NCBI GenBank assembly: GCA_023457295.1
Contig: JAEWLZ010000320.1
Span: forward strand, 1 to 29,870
From: Cyanobacteria bacterium OH_PDB_112
GTDB taxonomy: Bacteria; Cyanobacteriota; Vampirovibrionia; Gastranaerophilales; CAJFVJ01
Direction: 5' to 3'
DNA: 29,870 nucleotides
Positions within the stretch are counted from its first letter, which is position 1. Each line of letters opens with the position of its first letter. The notes under the pieces were generated by a model. The model ran no database searches. It saw only the letters and a program-made list of their open reading frames with translations, and was not told where the DNA came from. This document shows positions 19,084 through 26,022 of this stretch, piece by piece. A program made the translations under genes and the position numbers.

Positions 19084-19940
19084 TTTAATCTCAAAATCAA
19101 TTCTCTAATGATTTTCGCAGCGGTAGCTGTGGAAACTCCGCTTTGGTCTAAATTAGGAGAAAGTTCAACAACATCGGATGCTACTATGTTGAGGTATTTC
19201 ATTGACATAAAATATTCCAAAAATTCATTATAAAAAAGCCCACCTGCTTCTTGAGTGCCTGTTCCTGACATAATGGAAGGGTCAAGGACATCAAGGTCGA
19301 TTGTTAAGAACACAGGTGCATTGCCGAATTTTTCGATTTTTTTCTGGAAATCACCCACTCCTCGAGCTAAAGTATCATGTTTTTTTATAAGTTCGAATTC
19401 TTCTTTTGTGCCCGAGCGAAGCCCGACTTGGACTATATTGTCGAGCCCGATAATATCTGAAATTCTCCTTATTACTGTGGCATGAGAGAGCTTTTGTCCG
19501 AGGTATTCTTCACGCAAATCAGCATGAGCATCAAAATGAATAAGTTTGATATCAGGGTATTTTTCGTAATATGCTTCAAGTGCGGGTAATGTTACAAGAT
19601 GCTCTCCTCCGATTCCTAGATATGTTTTGTTTTGTGAAATTACATCTTGAGCACATTCTTTGATAAGGCGCAAAACTTCGTCTCTATCGCCGAAAGGTAG
19701 ATCAAGTTCGCCCGCATCATAAAAATCAACATCTTCTAAAGATTTATCTTGATAAGCAGAATATTCTTCTAATCCCTTTGAGGCAAGTCTGATTTGTTCA
19801 GGACCAAAGCGCGTTCCCGGGGTGAATGAACAAGTTCCGTCATAAGGTATACCTACCAAAATAACTTTAGATGCTTCAAAATTATCAGATGCTTCAAGCC
19901 AGCTTTTTGACAAAAAAGACGACTTAAGCATTTTACTCAC
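19080..19940 (-). CDS. speB: Agmatinase
   Basis: GTRFGP, GGEHLVT, DAHADLR, TIDLDVLDPS...GT, VELSP ureohydrolase motifs; in an operon with speD and speE. Confidence 0.93.
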   Translation of the reverse strand: MSKMLKSSFLSKSWLEASDNFEASKVILVGIPYDGTCSFTPGTRFGPEQIRLASKGLEEYSAYQDKSLEDVDFYDAGELDLPFGDRDEVLRLIKECAQDVISQNKTYLGIGGEHLVTLPALEAYYEKYPDIKLIHFDAHADLREEYLGQKLSHATVIRRISDIIGLDNIVQVGLRSGTKEEFELIKKHDTLARGVGDFQKKIEKFGNAPVFLTIDLDVLDPSIMSGTGTQEAGGLFYNEFLEYFMSMKYLNIVASDVVELSPNLDQSGVSTATAAKIIRELILRLN

Positions 19941-20781
19941 CTACCAATTCTTTTACAAAATTGGGGAGGGCAAAAACTGCTTTGTGCAAATCTTTGTTAT
20001 AAAGTTTTGAGTTTTTGGCAATTTCATTGGCGCGTGCTTCATTGATAAATTCAAGCGGATTTACTGTATTTGAACAGAATGTCCAACTCCAGTAACCGCC
20101 AGGGTATGTAGGCATAGGACCTGCATAGGTTTTAACGATCGGGAAAGCTTTTTTCAATAAAGGCTGCATCATTTTTATCTCTTTTTGGTCCGCAAAAGGT
20201 GATTCACTTTGACAAACCATAATACCGCCGTCTTTTAAAGCCGCGTTTACATTTTTATAAAATTCTTCAGTAAAAAGACCTTCGCCGGGACCCATTGGGT
20301 CTGTTGAGTCAATTAAAATAATATCAAACTCGTTTTTACTTTGAGCAATATATTCAATTCCGTCTCTGACTTGAATATCTACGCGAGGATCATCAAGTGC
20401 TCCTGCAAGCTGTGGCAGAAATTTTTTAGATACTTCGATTACTTCACCGTCAATTTCACAAAGAACAGCTCTTTTTACAGTTTTGTGACGAAGAACTTCT
20501 CTTATTGTGCCGCCGTCACCGCCACCGATTACAAGAACATCTTTTGGCTCAGGATGAGAGTTCATAGGGATATGAGCTATCATTTCATGATAAAAAACCT
20601 CATCTTTTTCGGTAGTCATAACAAGTCCGTCGAGCAAAAGTACTCGTCCGAAAAATTCTGTATCCAAAATATCAATTGTTTGGAATTCAGACTTTCCTGA
20701 ATAAAGCACATCCTTGACGCGCATTGTAATCCCGAATTGGTCATCATGCAATTCGGTGTATTTTAAATCCATATTACACAC
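19933..20781 (-). CDS. speE: Spermidine synthase (polyamine aminopropyltransferase)
   Basis: LLLDG, YHEM, VLVIGGGDGG, EID, DSTDP, PTYPGG. The start is GTG 20781 or ATG 20772. Confidence 0.95.
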   Translation of the reverse strand: MCNMDLKYTELHDDQFGITMRVKDVLYSGKSEFQTIDILDTEFFGRVLLLDGLVMTTEKDEVFYHEMIAHIPMNSHPEPKDVLVIGGGDGGTIREVLRHKTVKRAVLCEIDGEVIEVSKKFLPQLAGALDDPRVDIQVRDGIEYIAQSKNEFDIILIDSTDPMGPGEGLFTEEFYKNVNAALKDGGIMVCQSESPFADQKEIKMMQPLLKKAFPIVKTYAGPMPTYPGGYWSWTFCSNTVNPLEFINEARANEIAKNSKLYNKDLHKAVFALPNFVKELVGE

Positions 20782-20804
20782 GGCTTTTTCCTTATATGAA
20801 ATTT

Positions 20805-21254
20805 TTACGATTCTTGGTATTTGATTTCGAATGATTTTTTAACCACTTCAAGGTTACTTATCATTCCTCTTTTTAATTCTGAAAAATTGCTGTTTCCTGA
20901 ACGGAACAATTTTTTCAAGAATTGATAAGCTACTTTAGGGTCACAGCTTTCACCGCATGTGAATAAATCAACAGCTGCATAACCCAATTCAGGCCATGTG
21001 TGAATCGCAAGATGTGACTCCGAAATAATTACAACGCCACTAACACCATGCGGACTAAACATGTGGAAGCATTTTTCTACAACAGTTGCGCCGCATTCTA
21101 CCGCTGCTTCTGTCATAAATTTTTCAACTAATTCTACGTTATTTAAAATATTAGGATCGCAGTCAAAAAATTCTGCTAGAACGTGTCTACCTAAATAACT
21201 TCCTACTTGAAGTTCTTCGGGTTTAACTTGTGGTGATGTAATCAATTCCTGCAC
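20805..21254 (-). CDS. speD: S-adenosylmethionine decarboxylase proenzyme
   Basis: LGRHVLAEF, GVSGVVIISESHLAIHTWPE (ESH self-cleavage site), DLFTCG; GTG start with AGGAG RBS. Confidence 0.93.
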   Translation of the reverse strand: MQELITSPQVKPEELQVGSYLGRHVLAEFFDCDPNILNNVELVEKFMTEAAVECGATVVEKCFHMFSPHGVSGVVIISESHLAIHTWPELGYAAVDLFTCGESCDPKVAYQFLKKLFRSGNSNFSELKRGMISNLEVVKKSFEIKYQES

Positions 21255-21275
21255 TCTCCTTATGTAACTTCTACT

Positions 21276-21284
21276 ATTATAACA
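21276..21284 (-). promoter_or_regulatory. Extended -10 promoter (TGTTATAAT) for speDEB
   Basis: TGnTATAAT on the minus strand just upstream of the speD RBS. Confidence 0.55.
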
Positions 21285-21354
21285 TTACAAATAAAGATTC
21301 TACATAAAAAAAATTGATTTGTAAATGAAAAATCTTTACAAATGTTTACCATTG

Positions 21355-21381
21355 AAAGAACCGCTCAGGGAGCGGTTCTTT
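21355..21381 (-). terminator. Hairpin terminator after the 139-aa ORF
   Basis: Perfect 12-bp inverted repeat AAAGAACCGCTC-AGG-GAGCGGTTCTTT; short U tract. Confidence 0.65.
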
Positions 21382-21403
21382 GTGGGAAAATTTTAAATAT
21401 TTT

Positions 21404-21823
21404 TTAAGCGGCTGCCCACATATCTTTCATTGTTAAATTATTTGCCATAGCAAGCATTTCATCGCTTGTTTTGGTTTGGTCTTGAGATATGTTTCTGTCT
21501 TTTATGTCTGCATCGGGTTTAGTCATTAGTCCTTGCCTGTCACTTCGACCTTGCATAGTTAGACTTCCGAAACTTCCGTTTAAAAGACTTCCGATATTTT
21601 TTGAATGACGATTGTTTTGTGGCATTTTGCTATTATTGGGAGGTATTTTCCCTGCCATTGTAAGTTCAGTAAAATTGCCTAAAGCTTGCTCAAAAACATT
21701 ACCTTTGGTTCTTTCTGCAAAAGTAGTATTTTGTTGTGCTATTGGTTTTATAGCTTGAATTTTTTGCGATGTATTCTGTGCGGATGCGGTAATCGATGCC
21801 GCAGCTCCATTCTCTGTACGCAT
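21404..21823 (-). CDS. Hypothetical protein, polar/low complexity, probably disordered
   Basis: 139-aa ORF with a purine-rich RBS (AGAGAGA) and a downstream hairpin; no motif recognised. Confidence 0.6.
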   Translation of the reverse strand: MRTENGAAASITASAQNTSQKIQAIKPIAQQNTTFAERTKGNVFEQALGNFTELTMAGKIPPNNSKMPQNNRHSKNIGSLLNGSFGSLTMQGRSDRQGLMTKPDADIKDRNISQDQTKTSDEMLAMANNLTMKDMWAAA

Positions 21824-21932
21824 AATTTTGTCTCTCTAATTTCTACTCTTTTGTTTAATATGGGGTAAATTTATCTCTCTTGTATATATAAAGTATATAT
21901 TCATTAGGAAATTGCTATTTTAAACTCTTTTT

Positions 21933-21993
21933 TGTAACAAAAACTTAACAAATCCTATAAAAAATTAAAGTTATAAAAAAACTATACCGATAA
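21933..21993 (+). promoter_or_regulatory. Sigma28 (FliA/SigD)-type promoter with upstream TGTAAC-N6-TTAA box
   Basis: TAAA(21966)-N16-ACCGATAA(21986-21993), with TAAAGTT extended -35; box at 21933-21948; layout duplicated at 23489-23549. Confidence 0.7.
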
Positions 21994-21999
21994 GCAAAA

Positions 22000-22490
22000 T
22001 GTGAAGCGTTGGTTAAAAAAAATCTAAGGAGAAAACGTCGAATGTGTATGTCGGTCAAAAAGATTGAAGAACGTATTTCAACTTTGAAAAATGAAGTTTT
22101 AGAACAAAAACTTCATGAAATTTCCAAATGCGAAAAAATCGATAATTATGCTTTAAGTATGGTAAGCGACAATTATGGATTTGGAGTTATATATGCTATT
22201 TCGGGACTTGTTCTCGGATTTGTTAAAATTCAAGAAAGGTGGTGCAGCGAAAAAAAAGAAACCGTCATGGTGAATTTATCTCAGAGTTTAGCCTGAAAAG
22301 GTTTAAGCACTGAAAAATTAGTTATGTACTAAATAGATAGGTTAAACAGTCAAAAACGTTGCGTATAAATCTTAAGCGAAATTTAAAGAGTTTCTTTAAA
22401 AGTGGCAAGCGTGGCGTGCGAAAAACAAAATAATATGGTTATGCTGCAAATGCAGTAAAAAAGTGAAAAGTGTAAAGGAGTAAAAGAACT
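22000..22490 (+). ncRNA. Long structured 5' leader of paralog 1 (putative cis-regulatory RNA)
   Basis: Hairpins at 22091-22116, 22382-22400 and 22443-22456; blocks shared with the paralog 2 leader (TAGGTTAAACAGTCAAA, AAGCGTGGC, AAAAACAAAA, TGGTTATGC). Confidence 0.5.
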
Positions 22491-23261
22491 ATGGGTATTT
22501 CATCGAATCAGGCGCGATTCCTTGCGCTGACCTCAAGGCAAGTCGACCTTGAGTTTCGAGTTCAACAAATATGTCAAAGGCGTCTTCGTCTTGCATCAGA
22601 ACTTGAGAATGTAGCTACGGCTTACAATAATTCAATTTCAAACAGAAGATTGTATACTTTTGATACTTCTAACAGTGGTATTAATCAATTAAGTTTGGCA
22701 AGTATCAGATCAACAAAAGATACTAACGGAATCAATTATGATGTAGTCGGTTTGAATGGTGCAGGAACTGCTGCTTATTCTAATCAGATTGCAGTCAATA
22801 CAACAGGTACAAATGCTCTTGTTATAGGGTCAGGTTCCGGTGCTGATACCGTAAGAAACGTAACATTTGCAGATTTGGGTCTTCAAGCCGGTTGTACGGC
22901 AGCTGAAGTTCTTGACGCTGCAATTAGAAACGGTGTATTGACAATAGCTCAACAGTCAGATGAGTTTACTCAATCAGAAACATCGGTATTAGGTGCGGGC
23001 GGTACTGCTTTGACTAATACATATGAGCTTAAAGATTGGAGAACTCTTCCTGCAATGGCAGATGAACTCTATGAAGGTGATAATGTTGACGCTGAAAACA
23101 AATATGACCAAACAGTTTCAGAAATTAACGCTCAAGATAAAAAGCTTCAACTTGAACAAACTTCTATTGAAGTAGAGTACAAAGCTGTAACTTCTGAAAA
23201 AGAAAGCGTTAAGAAAATCTTGGATACAAATGCTCAAGCATCATTCAAGTATTTCAGCTAA
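22491..23261 (+). CDS. Uncharacterised coiled-coil-terminal protein, paralog 1 (MGISSNQARFL...SFKYFS)
   Basis: Strong AAGGAG RBS; near-identical termini with paralog 2; Gly/Ala/Thr-rich variable centre; no signal peptide. Confidence 0.9.
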   Translation: MGISSNQARFLALTSRQVDLEFRVQQICQRRLRLASELENVATAYNNSISNRRLYTFDTSNSGINQLSLASIRSTKDTNGINYDVVGLNGAGTAAYSNQIAVNTTGTNALVIGSGSGADTVRNVTFADLGLQAGCTAAEVLDAAIRNGVLTIAQQSDEFTQSETSVLGAGGTALTNTYELKDWRTLPAMADELYEGDNVDAENKYDQTVSEINAQDKKLQLEQTSIEVEYKAVTSEKESVKKILDTNAQASFKYFS

Positions 23262-23460
23262 TAAGTAATACATTGCCTTTGTAAAGGCGAAAAATATCCT
23301 AAGGTTAAAATATTCGGATAGATTCGATAAAAGCACCTTGGGAATGTCAAAAACTGACAAAAATAAAATCAACAAAACTCCTTGAGAGTTTTTACCCCAA
23401 AATAGCCGAAAGGCAAACAAACCAAAAAACAAAAATTCTTTACACTTTTATAACCAATCT

Positions 23461-23489
23461 AAGCATCGTTTTAAACGGTGCTTTTTTTT
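23461..23489 (+). terminator. Rho-independent terminator of paralog 1
   Basis: AAGCATCGTT-TTA-AACGGTGCTT stem running into a T tract. Confidence 0.8.
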
Positions 23490-23549
23490 GTAACAAAATC
23501 TTAATAAATTCTGTCAATAATTAAAGTTACCTCAAAAATATGCCGATAA
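23489..23549 (+). promoter_or_regulatory. Sigma28-type promoter with upstream TGTAAC-N6-TTAA box
   Basis: TAAA(23522)-N16-GCCGATAA(23542-23549), a consensus -10; box at 23489-23504 with the same 17-nt gap to the -35 as in copy 1. Confidence 0.8.
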
Positions 23550-23554
23550 AAAAA

Positions 23555-23805
23555 GTGTAATAAAAATGAAAGGTAATATGTGTTTTAAAACATAATGCTG
23601 TTCTTAGGTTATTACCGAAGGATATCAAAATGTTTTTAAGTAAAGAAGGTTAGGTTAAACAGTCAAACGCCAAGTGTTTTAGGAATGGAACATAGAACTC
23701 TTTGTTAAAAGGGTGAAGCGTGGCTTGTAAAAACAAAAAATGGTTATGGTTATGCCGCAAAGATCGGCAAATGGTTGAAAAAAAGTGTAAAGGAGTAAAA
23801 GAACT
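23555..23805 (+). ncRNA. Structured 5' leader of paralog 2 (putative cis-regulatory RNA)
   Basis: No ORF; hairpins at 23697-23714 and 23753-23769; conserved blocks shared with the paralog 1 leader. Confidence 0.5.
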
Positions 23806-24570
23806 ATGGGTATTTCATCGAATCAGGCACGATTTTTATCGTTGACCGCAAGACAAGTTGATCTTGAGTATCGAGTACAGCAAATATGTCAAAGACGTCT
23901 TCGTCTCGCATCAGAACTTGAAAATGTTGCAACAGCTTATAACAATGATATTTCTAACAGAAAGCTGTATACTTTCAGCTCTTCTAACAGCGGGATTGAT
24001 CAATTAAGTGTTGCAGGAATTAAATCTCTTAAAGATACAAACGGTAATAATTACATTATTATAGGTCAAGATACCGCAGCAGCTAATATTTCAATTACAT
24101 CCGGCTCTCTTTCAGCGACAGGTGTTAATGCGATTACTATTGGTACTGGTGGTACAGCAAGAACAGTTACTATGTCAGATTTAGGCTTGGACGCAACTTT
24201 GACAGGTGCAGATAGATCAAGTGCAATCTTGGAAGCAGCAATCAGAAGTGGTGTCATTACTCTTGCGGCTCAAGCAGATGAGTTTACTCAAACAAAAACA
24301 AATGTGGCCGCAGGTGCAGATGCAGGTGATTATGAGCTTAAAGATTGGAGAACATTACCTGCCATGGCAGATGAGCTTTATAAAGCTGATAATGTTGACG
24401 CGGAAAATAAATATGATAAAACAGTTTCGGAAATAAATGCTCAGGACAAAAAGCTTCAGTTGGAGCAAACATCCATAGAAGTAGAGTACAAAGCGGTAGC
24501 TTCAGAAAAAGAAGCAGTCAAGAAAATCTTGGATACAAACGCTCAATCATCATTCAAGTATTTCAGCTAA
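23806..24570 (+). CDS. Uncharacterised coiled-coil-terminal protein, paralog 2
   Basis: Tandem paralog of 22491-23261 with an identical RBS/start region. Confidence 0.9.
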   Translation: MGISSNQARFLSLTARQVDLEYRVQQICQRRLRLASELENVATAYNNDISNRKLYTFSSSNSGIDQLSVAGIKSLKDTNGNNYIIIGQDTAAANISITSGSLSATGVNAITIGTGGTARTVTMSDLGLDATLTGADRSSAILEAAIRSGVITLAAQADEFTQTKTNVAAGADAGDYELKDWRTLPAMADELYKADNVDAENKYDKTVSEINAQDKKLQLEQTSIEVEYKAVASEKEAVKKILDTNAQSSFKYFS

Positions 24571-24824
24571 TAAAATACAGGGAATTTCAGGCGGCATAAC
24601 AAGATGCTGCCTGAGTACCCGGATAAAAAATGTATAATCTTTATTTATAAATTATTAAATTGGATTAGGCATGGTTATAATTTAAAAAAATCTTCATGCC
24701 CATTTTTTGTAAAAAATTCAGATAAGCAAAAAAATAAGCTTTAATCTGTAATTTCTTCGAGAAAACAGCTATAAGGCTTGCAGGACAACAATCTTTACAT
24801 TTTTATAAACCAAAACCAAATTTT

Positions 24825-24852
24825 AGCATCGGTTACCCCGATGTTTTTTTTT
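24825..24852 (+). terminator. Rho-independent terminator of paralog 2
   Basis: AGCATCGG-TTACC-CCGATGTT plus T tract; homologous to the 23461 terminator. Confidence 0.8.
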
Positions 24853-25020
24853 GCCTCTAAGTATTGATATTATTGATTATTATTGTGATGTTTTTCGTAT
24901 AACCCCAAAGCTTTTCTTAGAGAAGGGGTTTGCTATATTTTTTTAAACAAATCTGGTATGGTTTTGTAAGATTTTTTGAGGCTGAAATTTACATTTTATA
25001 ATGTTTTCAGCCAAAAACAG

Positions 25021-25048
25021 TTGCCAAAGATTTTATAATATGTATAAT
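25021..25048 (+). promoter_or_regulatory. Sigma70-type promoter of hup
   Basis: TTGCCA-N16-TATAAT. Confidence 0.6.
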
Positions 25049-25077
25049 TATATTTGTCTAGAAAAAGGAGGTTCAAA

Positions 25078-25350
25078 ATGAACAAAGAAGAATTGGTAAA
25101 AGAAGTTGCTAAAAAAGCAAAAGTTTCACAAAAAGATGCAGCGGAAATTTTAGGTGCGACATTAGATACTATCGAAAAAACAGTTGCTAAAGGTAAAAAA
25201 ATTACTTTGGTAGGTTTCGGTACTTTTGAAGCTAGAAAAAGAGCTGCAAGAACCGGAAGAAACCCACAAACTGGCGCAGAGATTAAAATCCCTGCAAAAA
25301 CAGTTCCGGCATTTTCTGCAGGTAAAAAATTTAAAGAGCTTGTAAAATAA
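25078..25350 (+). CDS. hup: DNA-binding protein HU
   Basis: MNKEELV...LVGFGTFE...RTGRNPQTG...PAFSAGK; ATG 25078 with AGGAGG RBS. Confidence 0.97.
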   Translation: MNKEELVKEVAKKAKVSQKDAAEILGATLDTIEKTVAKGKKITLVGFGTFEARKRAARTGRNPQTGAEIKIPAKTVPAFSAGKKFKELVK

Positions 25351-25373
25351 TTTAAGCTTTTATTAAATTTGCT

Positions 25374-25403
25374 AAAAAAGAAGCCTTATAAGGCTTCTTT
25401 TTT
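25374..25403. terminator. Bidirectional terminator between hup and metW
   Basis: AAAAAAGAAGCCT-TATA-AGGCTTCTTTTTT. Confidence 0.85.
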
Positions 25404-26022
25404 ATTTTGAAATTACAAAAATCACTTCTTCGGCGAAAAAATTATCAAATAATTTGCAAAAAAATCCTGTTCGTACTTTTGCACGGGTCATACATACTGT
25501 TTTTTCAATTTTCAAGTTGAATTTTTCTGTGAAATTATAAAAATCCGCAATCGTTAGCAAGTGAATATTCGGTGTATCGTACCACTCAAAAGGGAGCATT
25601 TGGGATTTTGGCATTTTTCCATAAAAAAATAAATAAAAACTTACACGCCAGTATGCAAAATTTGGAAAACTCACAACTATTTTTCTTCCTGCTCTGAGCA
25701 TTTCTTTTATTACATAATCAGGTTTTTCAGTTGATTGAAGGGTTTGGTTGAGGATTATGTAGTCTACTGATTGATCAGGATATTCTGCCAAACCTTCATC
25801 TATATCTCCTTGTACCACGGAAAGACCTTTTTCGAGACATTTTATGACATTATTTTGATTTATTTCGATGCCTCTGGCTTTAATTTTTTTATCCTTGAGC
25901 ATTTTTAAGAGAGTTCCATCGCCGCAACCTAAATCCAAAACAGTTGAATTTTCGGGAATCATGCCCGCAATTATTGAATAATTAAGGTGTAATCCTTTTG
26001 ATGTTGCGTAATGTTCGTTCAA
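25402..26022 (-). CDS. metW: Methionine biosynthesis protein MetW
   Basis: VLDLGCGDG SAM motif, QTLQ, VSFPNFAYW, WYDTPNIH; translationally coupled to metX. Confidence 0.92.
   Translation of the reverse strand: MNEHYATSKGLHLNYSIIAGMIPENSTVLDLGCGDGTLLKMLKDKKIKARGIEINQNNVIKCLEKGLSVVQGDIDEGLAEYPDQSVDYIILNQTLQSTEKPDYVIKEMLRAGRKIVVSFPNFAYWRVSFYLFFYGKMPKSQMLPFEWYDTPNIHLLTIADFYNFTEKFNLKIEKTVCMTRAKVRTGFFCKLFDNFFAEEVIFVISK

Noticed and set aside
22009..22296. 95-aa ORF between the sigma28 promoter and paralog 1
   Set aside because: Not called as a CDS. It has no motif, no counterpart before paralog 2, and the region is dense in hairpins consistent with leader RNA. An AAGGAG 10 nt before ATG 22042 means translation cannot be excluded.
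22491..24570. Calling the paralogs fliC or fliD
   Set aside because: They lack the flagellin signatures (LSSGxRIN, DDAAG, IxDxDxA) and are too short and dissimilar for a confident FliD call.
24901..24930. AACCCC...GGGGTT imperfect hairpin upstream of hup
   Set aside because: An isolated weak stem, with no tRNA or known RNA features.
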